Shown piece by piece: positions 1-12,000 of a DNA stretch of 64,000 nt. Made by a program: the position numbers and the translations under genes. The notes beneath the pieces are model-generated. The model saw only the letters and a program-made list of their open reading frames with translations, did no database searches and was not told the DNA's origin. The stretch covers positions 4,650,001 to 4,714,000 of the forward strand of contig OZ004610.1 in NCBI GenBank assembly GCA_963924565.1, read 5' to 3'. This stretch comes from Ascidiella aspersa (taxonomy: Eukaryota). Position 1 is the stretch's first letter. Each line of letters begins with the position of its first letter.

Positions 1-120
1 GGTTAGCGTTTGGGTGAGAGTGGGTCAAGTAATATTATGTTTATTATTAATAATAACTTGACCCACCCTCAACCAAACGCTAACCCGCACCGTAACCCAA
101 ACAATATGTGTTGTGGTATG
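1..120. mobile_element. Foldback MITE (family A), cut by the window edge
   Basis: GGTTAGCGTTTGGGTGAG...ACTTGACCCACCCTCAACCAAACGCTAACC matches the other two copies. Confidence 0.8.
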
Positions 121-511
121 CGGCATTTAAAGAATTTTTTTTTTCATTTTTACGTACAATAGTGAAAGAGCGCCAAGTTTACATATAGTGTGTTCGTTAG
201 TAATCGATTAGGAATCAGACAGCGTAGCTTCAAACGTTCGTCATTGCTTCGGATTATCAGGCTTGCAATCTTTCTACACCTGCCAAGTCAAAACAGCAGC
301 TGCGAAATACTTTCAACTCCCTGTAATATCGAACTGCTGAATCATCAAACCGAACTGCACACTAGCCTTTTTCAGCCTTCTGAAAAGGCCCAGCCCCAAC
401 AATTGAAAAGTGTTATGTCACAATGCGCCATGGAAAATTGGCGACGTTACATAACGCAGCTGTTACGTAAGGGTAAAACGTCACACGGTTGTGTTTACCT
501 AGGCTTTTAAC

Positions 512-797
512 CACTGTTTTCAACCAATGGGTCGCGGGTCGCCGACTGCAGTAGTTTTATATCGTTCGAAATTATTGAAACTGTTTCTGGGCAAGATTAC
601 TCATATTCTTAAAACAAATGTTAAGAAATTGCTGAAGCAATAAGAAAGCGTGGCTCATATTTATTTGGTTGGGATTGATTTACGCTATCTGTCTTAAGTT
701 TTGTTCACTTAAAAAATCAGTAAAAATAATCGGGTCGCCGAATATTATTATTTACGCTTAACATTTAGGTTGCCGCGAAAAAAATTGAGAAACACTG
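512..797. mobile_element. hAT/Charlie-like MITE
   Basis: Termini CACTGTTTTTCAACC ... TTGAGAAACACTG with internal GGGTCGC motifs. Confidence 0.6.
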
Positions 798-1864
798 AAG
801 CAAACTATTTATTGCTAGAACTAGAATTTTTTGGATATATCGTATACAGGTGTTTAACCAATCATTCTACTGTGGACAAATCAGACGTTTTTGTTGGTAA
901 ATTGTACAGAGATATTATCTTGAATAATTGACACAAAAATATATACCAGTATACCCCACTTTAGTTATTATGATTTTGAATTCAGTGGGAAGGCGCCATG
1001 AATGCTATATCATATTACGCCGTGCGAACTTTACAAAATGTGATTTCTGTAAAATAAGAATATACCTTTAATTCAATTTTATTATAGAGAAACCTGCCAA
1101 TCTCTCTTATGTCCTTGATATATAACGTAGCCTTTAAAACAGTTTTTCCAATCCAAACCAAAAAAAACAACAAATTTTTTTCGCGCTTTCTGATAACACT
1201 GCACATTATCGCACGAGTTCGCGCAAGAACAAAAGGTGTTTTAAGGCTTATTTGCTTATGACGTAGGTTCGTGACGTCATCTCTACATATTTCCATGTCC
1301 ACCCCCAAATAAATTCTGGATCCACCCATCGCACCGATGCTACCAAACGACCGATACTACCCGATCCCAATTATCGGACATTACTAATTGGTTTTTAAAA
1401 CAACAAAACACTAGGAAAATAGTGGCCCAAATAAATGACAAAAGATTTATTCTTGGGCCACTCTTTTTCTACTGAAGATTATAAACAGACCCGTGTTTAG
1501 TGTTCCTAACACAAAATAAATTTCTATCTTCCTGGTTAAGTTTCGAGTGCGACTGAGTTCGGAAAACCAATACGAAAGCAGCCTCGCAAATGCTAATAGA
1601 TGGGTTGAACGGCCAGTTGTGAAACGAAACCGTTAATCAAGCGGGTTTCGGATACAACGACTGTTTATGTGCGTGTTTGGAAACAGGAAAAACGGACTTT
1701 GCCAGTTTCGTTAATGCTAGACTATTCGTTTAGTTATTTCTGATTATTGAATACCTGCTTTAGTGATTGTTTTGTCTGTCCCACAGATGGACTAAACGTT
1801 TGTCCCCGTAAGAAATCAAGTATACTTTAAGAGAAATGTTTTAAAAAGCGTATTTGTCTTTATA

Positions 1865-2180
1865 AGAGATTTCCGATACTTGTAATTTTATTCCGATACC
1901 ATACTCGATATTTTGGACTAAAAGAATCGCGACCCATTCCGATACTAAATGATGGCATTAAATAAGTGAAGTGAAAAAGTTTTAAGGGAGTTTTTTTTAC
2001 CGAGTTATTCGGCCAATATTAGCTGCGACGGTAAGAAGATCACTTGAATCGCAAATCATGACTAAAAGTTGTATATTAATTTAGCATCGGATCGGTACCG
2101 ACATCGCCCTAATACTGGCGAGCACCAATACTACCACTTGACATCGGGTATTAATCCGATGTCATAAGACATCTCTACTC
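1865..2180. mobile_element. hAT-Ac-like MITE fragment (CCGATAC-rich family D)
   Basis: Repeated CCGATAC/ATCGG; end ACATCTCTA; reverse-complement similarity to 36239-36350; related pieces near 43310, 45890, 55690-55998 and 58500-58780. Confidence 0.6.
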
Positions 2181-5100
2181 ACACCAATATGAGCAATCTA
2201 ACATATTGCTCTACACCTGAGTAAGTTTGGGAGATTATAATCAGCCTTGCGATATTTACACCAAATTGTTTACCAGTTCACTAGTCGGCAACCACCGGTC
2301 TGCCAGGAGTTAGCTAAAGGTCCGTACACCTTAGGTTTACACAAGGTTCTCACTAGTATACATTCATTAAATCGAAGTTCGCTGTTTTTTGGGCTGTTCC
2401 GGGATAAAATCTCAGTTTTTAACCGGTCCGCAATGTAAAAAAAGTTTCGGCACCTAGACCAGTTAATAAACCAAACAAAACGCAAAATACCGATGGTAAC
2501 TTGGCAACGTTTGGTTTTATTTCAATTAACGGAATGGTAAGAATAAAATAAAACTACTTTAGGACCGTTTGTTTTTCATCTAATAATAAAGTGGTTATAG
2601 TTTACAGCTTAGAACTGCACAAATCAAGGTGGTAATTTGGTAACGTGCTGTAGCTTTATTAGTGTTTATAGTACAAACCAAAACAGCGCAAATCCCTTTC
2701 TGTTAACTTAACTGAGGCCAAAGTCAATCAGAGACACCAGCCACAGCTTCGTCAGATTTCGGCTAAAAGCAGCTGCAAAACGGCTCATTGTAGCTATGAC
2801 GTCAGCACGGTTGCGCCGGGACTAAACGGATATTGCGGTGCCTGCCAACTGATTAACTGATCAGCTCTGCCATTCATCAAAAAAGCTCTGCCTGCCGCCA
2901 GCTAACCAACCAGATAAATGCTGACTTCTGTTCGCTCGCTCGCATGCTGCCTGTTTCTGAGAAGAGCTACAAAAAGGCGTGGCGATATTTGAGGCTCTTA
3001 ATGTAAAACAGTGCTGCTTCTTTAACTGCTAAAATTTTGTCCGCTCCCACCACAGATTGTCTTGTGAAAACTGTAGTGTACACGTTTATGGTAGACCTAA
3101 TCACCAATTGTAGAAGTTTTTGTACAGCGCGACTAAGTCACTGCTTTTTGCCTTCTATGTTCACAATCAATGACATATCTTGGATTTTTTGTCCAGAGTC
3201 AAAATGCTTTGGTCAAGGCCAAACGCCAAAGGGTAAACAAACTAGCTATTTGGCCTAAATGTCGTTTATAAATATACTGGGTGCGCGTATATAAGCTAAG
3301 TAAAGTCAGCGCTCAATTTATTTTATATCTTTAGAAGTCAGTTTTAGTTGGATATGAAAAAGCACAGTAGGTTCAGGATAGCTTACCTATGATTTCATGA
3401 AATTATTTTTAGGTGATAAAAATGGCAAAATAGCCTCTGGTCTTGTTATTTTTTCTCTTATAAACAGTCAATGATTAATACGGTGCGTAAATCTTCCAAC
3501 AGCCCTGTCTATATTTGTAGAAGTGATAAAAAAGGAACAAATTTCATGTCACTCTATCCATATCCGCTTTAACAGTATTTTTACATGTAGTGACCTATTT
3601 TCTGTGGAAGCACATAACCTAGTGTCCTGGTTAATAAAGCACTATATATGAACCTAGTGTGAGTGTAGGACTTACTGAAAACCATTACATCATGCCTGTG
3701 AAATCGTTATTAATCCTATTATCGTTGGCCTCTAATCGCATCTATAGACATTACGTAAGCCGTTTTAAATAAATAAATCCATTATAGTCGAAATTGCGTA
3801 CGCTACCCGCGCCACTTTGTTGTTTATCACAGTCATGGACTCTTTTAGATAGTAAACAAATCGTAAAACTGGTCCAAGAGAAGTCCTACGTCATTTATTT
3901 TCACTTAGGTAAGTCACTTTGGCCCTAAAACTCAACTGACGTCATTTAAAAAGTGTATTCAAGTTCAAGTCATTTTTCAAGATCATTACAACTGAACATT
4001 CCACAGTTATATACAAACGTTGTTTTTTTGGCCTTTTAATTACTTTGGATTATAATAAATATAGTGATTCCATAGGCCGCAATTGTACCAATGTTGAAAT
4101 AAACATAAAGCCTGAAAGTGAAAACATAAAACTCGAAGGAAAATTTAACGGAACTACTGTAAGAATGCTACGGCTTCTTTTTTCGACATAACAGCAAAAT
4201 TTTCCACAAAAACACTTGAATCTGTTCTCAGGAAAAGAAAAATCTGTTTCTCAGGAAAGCTGTTAATTGTTGCTTTTGAGGCCTTGCTACTTTGTAAATG
4301 ACTGATCTTTACTTTTTTTTTTCACTACAGACTTGTTTACGATTCTGTACACTCATAAGCTATATATTTTTGTCTACAAGTTTTTATCAACGTACAAAAT
4401 CGGTGTAAATTAAATTTAGATAGATTTTCTAACTGTAAGAATCTTTTGTGTCGGTAATCGTGGGTTTTACACAAAGAAAGGCCTTTGAGTTTTTAAGAGG
4501 CCGAAAGTTTGTTTTGATGTGACACTCTGGGATTATTTTACCCCGAGGGCATTTAGTTTTGCGTATTTTCTCATGACGTCATTGATGTAATCACTATACG
4601 CCCTTGGGCGGTCGCCAGAAAAGTGTTTAAAAAAAACATTGGACATCTGTCTTAGGTTTAGAAAACGCCTTCTGGCATGTGTGACGTAATGTTAGGCAGG
4701 AGTTTCTTTAGGACTGTGGGATTTTTGTAGGATGGCCAATTTCCTGAAGCAACTAGCGACTAGGCAGTTAGCCGAAGGGTATTTACATACATCTTGGAAA
4801 TAGGCAGGGACAAACGAATATGGCATAAAACCAGCTGGCATGATGTTTTTTATGTCAGTATGCAAATTGAGAAGATTTTTATAGGTAGATGATCAAACGT
4901 TGGCATTTTTGCAGCAAATCACGACATGTTGTTAAATGTCTTAGCAAGGATATATTCAAAATTAATTTAAAAGTTTTATTTTAGTTATAAAAGTGCTGCA
5001 AAGTGGCAGTAATTTTAGTTTGTGGGCTGTTCACAGCAAATCAAAACACATTGAAAAAATTTTGCACGGATAAGTTGTACTTGAAAAGTTTAATTTTGGC

Positions 5101-5199
5101 TTCATTCGTGCTTCATATTTGCGGTTTTACCCAGAAAAAAAACAGCATATTTTCAAAATAACATTTTGACGGATATGTTAACCCAGCTCATAATGACCA

Positions 5200-5560
5200 T
5201 TGTTTGGTAACAGTGGCAAACAATAGCGCGGGAAGTTCCTCAAAGCTGACTGGTCGCCTGTGGAGCAGGATTGTTTCAAGAAGTATATCAGCAGTTTAGG
5301 AAATGTTTATCCGCTGGGTTCCCAGCACAAGTCGGCCTTCTGGGAACGGCGCAGTTTCGCGTCAGCTTACGCAGCTAGTTTGGAGCGAAGCGCGTACCAG
5401 GCGAACGTAAACACAGCCGGGCCATCGCTGCTACGCGCCCCGCGATCCAATCCAAGACAAATTGCTGGTGAAAAAGGCAAAGATAAAGCGGCGCGAGGCA
5501 CTGCTGGCGCGAGAAAACGCGATATACGCTTACAACGGTTGCGGCAGTCTACTGGCTGGT
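5200..5560 (+). promoter_or_regulatory. Probable Pim promoter/TSS region with a GAS/STAT-type site TTCTGGGAA (5338-5346)
   Basis: CpG-rich island 0.5-0.8 kb upstream of the ATG; TTCN3GAA match; vertebrate PIM genes are JAK/STAT targets. Confidence 0.45.
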
Positions 5561-6023
5561 CAGCAAGTGCTGGTATTTGCAGGTTAGCTTGATTTGTTAC
5601 TCTGTTCAAGGTTTTGTTGGAGGTTTTTGACTGTAAATAGTTTTGTAAGTTTTAGTATCCCTGTTAGCCTGCTATCAGTCGAATTTATAAGTCGGTTTCA
5701 GTAATTGTGCAGTAACTGGATTTGTTTTTATGTTTCAGTGTGTTAGTAATCGCCCGGCACTTGTGAATTTGCCAATCCTACTGCTCTCTTCTTACAACGC
5801 TATCTCGACAATATTTTGGAATTGGATCGTATTCTGCTGTTTTGAATCAGTTTTGTCACTAGTCTACAAGAAAACAGAAAAACTAGAGTCGACTGATTGA
5901 ACTTTTACCTAGGACGACTTGAAGACAACTCTTCGCCGGAATTCAGTTGCCGTTTTGCCGCAGAAAATTCGCAATTCTTTTGGCACCCGTGGACTGTAAC
6001 AAACACAAACCAGCAAGCAAGTT

Positions 6024-6099
6024 ATGCTTTCATTCCATCAAAAAAAGGCGGTGGGCCATCAGCACCACCAAGCACCTGCCAAATGTCAACCAACACCAG
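6024..6099 (+). CDS. PIM3: Pim kinase coding exon 1 ([25 protein letters not shown])
   Basis: ATG 6024, in-frame stop upstream at 5997, donor CCAG|GTAAAA in phase 1 joining exon 2 as G|TT (Val). Confidence 0.8.
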
Positions 6100-9000
6100 G
6101 TAAAACCAGTTGCTATACTGACCATAGACGCCGAGTTTCGAGGTCTGTCTGAGCTTGAGGTGCTCAGCCCACTAAAACAGCGATAGATCTTAAATTATAA
6201 GATTTGCGGCACTATTTGCAGATACATTTTGAGAGTTAGTAAATTATTTCCATGATTTTAAAAAGCATTTTGACTCTTTCAGCACTCCGCATATAAACTT
6301 GTATTTGTACTTTGAATTGTGAAAGGAATATCAAAGACCATATAGAAGTTGTTAACTTCGTTAAAAATGAATACAGAGATATTTTAAACGTTTAAAATTT
6401 TACCTACTTTTGTACAGGCTTTAAAATATTCCCTACAATGTTCAACCTAAACCTCCAACCATTACGCTTCAATTTCTTGCGTTTTTCAGTTCGCGAACCG
6501 TTTGAAAAGACCTACCAAGTTGGAAAAGTTTTGGGTCAAGGCGGTTTCGGAACTGTGTACGCCGGTGTGAGGCTGATAGACAACATGCCTGTAGCCATCA
6601 AGCACATCGCTCGCTCGAGAGTTAAAGTCTGGGGACAGGTAAGGCATTTGGCGTTTCTTAATTTTATGACGAAAATGTTTTATTGGATGTCGCTGATTTC
6701 GAGCAGCATTGCTTTAACGCATGTCATTTTAACCGTGAAAATACGTTTTTTTGCCAATTTTTTTTTCAAATTACGGTTACGTAAGGCGGTGACAACATTA
6801 TTTAACTCCAATAACAAAAATATCAACAACAAAAAAGTACACCGTTTTTTATTTTAAAAATCATGTTTTCTCCCCCCCCCCCCCACCAAAAAAACAACAG
6901 ATAAACGGACAGAGCGTTCCCAATGAGATTGTTTTGATGGAGCGCCTGAGCCCTTGCAAGCACGTGATCCAGCTAATCGACTGGTACGAGCGTCCCGACA
7001 GTTACGTGATAATCATGGAACGACCTGAGCCCTGCCAAGACCTGTTTGACTACATCACGGAAAAGCGGGCTCTTGACGAAGACACGGCGAGAACATTTTT
7101 CTGGCAGGTTCGTTTCAAATTCAAAGTAAATTTTTTGGCTAAGGATCTTAAAAAAATAGAAAAATTCGATTTTTTTTTCTGCTGGTTTGTTTACCAAATT
7201 CAGATAAACTTAGAAGTGAAAAAAAAAACATTCGATTTTTTTATTTAGTCACTTTATTAAACTAGCAAACGGGAAAAAAATCGTTTTTCATTCGAAAATA
7301 ATGCTGGCTTCATTAATCGCCTGAAAAAATAAAAAAGTTAAACTTTCTGTATATACGAAAAACGGTTTTGTTTTATTATAATTCAGAATAATTTGTACGA
7401 CTTTGTCTGTTGCGGACTCGTAAAATGCCTGAGATTTATTAATGGAACAAGTTTGTTTCAATCAAAACTCGCTTATAAAGACCTATTTTTGGCCACAAAG
7501 CGCCCAAAAAAATCACAGCGCAAATTTTATACGCGTTTTAAAATCCGGTGCATCCTAAAAACGTGGCTTTTGCTCCGAAAAGAATGTCGTCTGTCGGCGC
7601 TCTGCATTGAAGCGCCTCAAATTAACGGTCGTCGTGGCCTGGAAAGAATCCTTACGACCGTAGTCCGCATTTGGATTGCCTTAGGTCGTAATAAACACGG
7701 CAGATCAAAGCGTGATGCCTGGAGGTTGTAGTTGAGCGTAAATAATTCCTACGAATGATATATCAAAGCCCATACAGAAAGTAGCAAGGAATGTTTGAAA
7801 TAAATCTATAGATAATAGTTGGAGGTTGTAGTTGTACGTAAAATGAATATCAATGCCTCTATAGAAGTAGGTCAAATATTTTAAACGTTTCGAATATAAT
7901 TTCTAATTGCCACCAACTTCTGTAATGGCTTTGATATTCATTCTATATCTAACTACAACCGCCAGCCAACATCTTAAGATTTATTCGAAGAGTTTATAAA
8001 ATACACAACCGACTTGTGCACGGGCTCGGATCAAAGCTGCATCGCATCAAACCCGTTTTTCTGCGTCCCTATAGGTCCTACTGGCGGTCGACCACTGCCA
8101 CAAATGCGGCGTCGTTCATCGCGACATCAAAGACGAAAACCTGCTTGTCGACTTCAGGAACAAGACCTTGAAGTTAATCGACTTCGGCTCTGGCGCTATC
8201 CTCCGAGACACAGTCTACGTCGAATTCGACGGTAAGCAACCGTTTTTCAGCTGTTCTGAATCAAACCGGAGTTCAGTAAAAATGAGCTTTCGACATAATG
8301 CGTTATCAAATTAGCGTGTTAAACTTAGGAAGGATATCTTATTGTTTGCATTTGCTATTGTTTTGTTCATTTAATAGTGGTTATCGTGATAGCCTCTTCT
8401 TTTTTCTTCATGCCAATGTAGGGTATTCAACGTCCTTGTTAATTCTCTATGAGTAATGGTAAAAGCCCAGCTGGATTAATAATTGTGTCCCTCTTCATTT
8501 GACTTGCGTTTGAATCTTGTGCGTAGCTCGGCAAATTGGCCCCAAAAAGTCCATCCATGGTCGAATTCTCCCTGTTGGTAGCGTTTTTCACTGGGAACAT
8601 GCCGCTTTTTCGTTAAGAAGTTTCAATACACAGCAATTTACGGACATAATTGGTCATTCACTCCCACATACAACAACCCGAAAGCGAAGGAAAGCACGTT
8701 TATTTCGAGCTTGTTTTTCTTCGTGTGTATTCAGGAAATCGCGTATAAGACGTAGGAGAAATAAAAACGCGCATATTGAGCTATACACAATAACTGGTGT
8801 TAGTAGAATTTGCTGGTGTGCGTGTATGCAGTGTGTTGCCAAAAGCCTTTGCTTTGTTTTGTGTCGCTCCGCAGCGGAAACGCGTCAGGAAGCGACGTCG
8901 CATGTCGCGTCGCTTTGCTCGCGCTGCAAAGTCTCTCACGGGAGAGCCTTTCGTCGCTTTCAGAAAACGCTCGCGCCAAATTCGCCCTCGACGCTAATTA

Positions 9001-12000
9001 TTCCGCCAGGTTTCGAATACAAAAATCTAGAGCACCTCGTGCGATTAGCTGTGACGTCACAATGGCGGCTCTCGCGCTGCCGCGGCGCCGTTCCTTTGTC
9101 CGTCGAGGTCAAATTCGCGCCGGCACCCGCAACTTTCCGTATTAGGCGCGAAATTCGAGGCGTGATTTAAGCGTTTTTTTTTGTCCGACGAAAGAATCCG
9201 TCTCGCCACTCGACCAACTGACTGAGCGAATGACTGAGTGACATTTGCTTTTAGCGTAATTGCTGTTTTAGACCGTTTTTGGCTAAGAACCACCGTAGTC
9301 TGACCTACCAGTGCCTTTTGGAATCGTTTGTTTTGGTTGAACGGCGGCGCTGCGAACACACTACATACAGTGTTGTTGTTATTGTCGTTGTGGCGGATTT
9401 CGTCGTATTATATCGATTTTTCTCTTTCGCTGTGTTTACGCAGCCAGCTGGCACCGTATTAAAACATTAGCAGCGCTCTGGCGGTTTCGCCGCCCAGTCT
9501 CCGGTCTAGCCCTTCTTGCCAGTCTCTGTACACACACACAAGGATCGGTACAGGTCTTTTTGTGGAAGCCAGACGCTATTTTTAGCCGCGGCGTCGCGTA
9601 GAAACCCTCCCTGCCAATTGATTTGTGCGCGCTATCGTGTCTTGGTACGGGGAACGCTCAGTGCTGGTACACAGCGACCGCGACAACAGAGCTATCGCCT
9701 TACCTCCAATCCAATTTTGGAACTTCCACAACCCCTCGTTCGCTCACAGAGCCTCAGTGCCTTGGCGACGGTTAACGAAAATAAACCAGGATTTTCCCGG
9801 CCGATTCAATTTGCATAATTGATCGCTTTTTCGGCGGTAAACAGCATTTAACCGTTTCAGTGCTTTACTGTAATTTGCGTTTTGTTGCGTCTTTTATCCA
9901 AACGCACTTTAACCCAGATGTAGATTTTTTCATATATTATGTTCTTCGGTCGGAACTGCATTGCTGCTTGTTTTTCTGTGCGCGTTAGTTTAACATTGCT
10001 TTAGCAGCCTGGCTGTTAATTTTCCAGTTGCATCGCATTGCCTCTTAGATTGGCTTAGCAGTTCGCCTGAGACAATCGTAGAAAGGCGCCAGCCCGCTTG
10101 CACGCCCTTATCGCACCCCTCTTTACGTCATAATGGTCGCAGCAGCAGCAGCAGGCCTGCAGATGACAAACAAAGGAATCGCGCGTCGCTCGCTCGAGAC
10201 AAGCACAACTGTCGCTCAAAGGTCAGCGGGGCCTCTCCTTTTACTACGGCCTCTCGGTCTGTCTGTTTGTTTGTTTGATTTGCGCAGCGCTGTAGGGCAA
10301 ATAACCATGGCGGCCACAACAACAGAAATTATGCATTCTTGTGACACTGGTGCCTTGTTTTGAAAAGGCATTAGTTTGGACTTTAGAACTTTTATATTTT
10401 GTGTTTTTTTCGTAAAGTTTACTTTAAGCTGTTGAAAACTAGAGGCTTTTTGTTTTGCACCGCGCGTTTTTGTCACATTTTTAAGCCGGTATTCACCGTC
10501 GGAGAAGCGTACGGCCATTTCTTATAACTCCTTTAACTCTTTTCAACTTTCATGAGTCTCAACTTCAACCAGTTTACAAGTTTCCTAAAAATACAGCGAC
10601 CTTGGTTTCAATTTTTATAAAACAAAAACACGTCCAAAGCGACCTTTAACAAGTTTACGTATCCACATCAAAACAAAAACAGCACTTAACCTACAACAAA
10701 AACTTTTCAAAAACTACCAAGGGCCTTTCTCTTCGAAGCAGCCCTTTAAACGCACAGGAGGCCAATAGCGTCGCGCCTAAGCAAAAAAAACGTCGACAGG
10801 CGGTTTCCAGAATCCCTCCCCCCGACCTCCCAAACGACAAAGCAGTCTTTAGGGAAAAGATGAAAGTAGGCCAGCGCATGGCGCGCTTTGCGTGAGCACC
10901 GTTCCAGTCCCATTAGCGCGATCACTCGACGCTGCAAACGACGGCTTCCACTCTTCTTTCCAGCTGTCGCTTTTTACAAGCCCACTGTGCCTTCTGTCGC
11001 CCGAGCTCGCGCTCTTTTTCGTCCAATGACTGGCCTTTCCTGTGAGGAAAAGCGCGGCGTCGACGCCACTTCGAAAACATAAACAAACGGAGCGCGTCTT
11101 TTGTTGAGTGTGTATTTCAAAGCCGAGGTAGAAATTTTGGTGGCGTTTTGTGTTTTTTAACGCATGAATATGTCGAAAACGAATTCTGAAACACTCAAAT
11201 GCTAGTTAGAGTTACTTCTGTATGGGCTTTGATAATCATCCTACGTCTAACTACAACCTTTAGCCATATTATATTAAACAGCGATCGCCCCAAACAGAAT
11301 ATTCACTGGTGGGTAGTTTAAAACTAAAAATAGCACATTGGGCAAAGCATTAAATCGCAAATGTTTCTTATGGGTTAAATTATAATTTTCATAATGCGAT
11401 TGCCTGCCTTGTCCAGTGCCCAGCTGCCTTTCGTTTTTTTAGTGGGCTAATCCATTAAATTTTCATGTCAACAAACTATATTGCTTTTAAAAACGCTTTT
11501 AAATTAAAAAAACGGCGCTTTTGCCTGAATACGGCATTGGGGTCGCTAATTGCTCTGAGTCATAGCCCAGTTGGACCGTCGCTTGGCATTCTGAATCAAC
11601 ACGGCGGCCCCTTGGCAGTCTTTAAACCGCCCACTGCTCGATCAAAGGGTTGTGCTGTTATCATGGCAGTCCCTGCACCAAATTTAGACCTGACGAGCTT
11701 AGCATTCCTCGCCCGTTCTCAATAGGCGCTAATTAAAACAGCGCGCGCGCTTCGGAGCGTTTGAATGGGGCCAAAGTCTCTCTCGATCGACTGGTTTAAA
11801 CTGAACAATAAACCGTTTAGATTTTGCCTTTTCCCTGAATTTAACCGCTATTTCACAGCCATATAATGTAGAGTATGCGAATTATGCTTTTACGGATGGC
11901 TCCCTGTACATTTTTGCCCCTTTAAGCTAGTTAGACTTCGGAAGCTTACATAAAGCCGGGTAAAGCTAACCAAGATCATAAGACTTCGTTATCAGACCCA

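Noticed and set aside
1-120. Telomere or interstitial telomeric array
   Set aside because: TTAGGG-like words are isolated and belong to the palindromic MITE family A
5897-6023. CUG-initiated long Pim isoform like PIM1L
   Set aside because: In-frame TAA at 5997-5999 and no in-frame CTG between it and the ATG
8517-9170. 217-aa ORF and the many other 60-170 aa ORFs in Pim introns
   Set aside because: Mostly TTG/GTG starts, Arg/Cys/Phe-biased translations of CpG-rich or T-rich DNA, no recognisable domain
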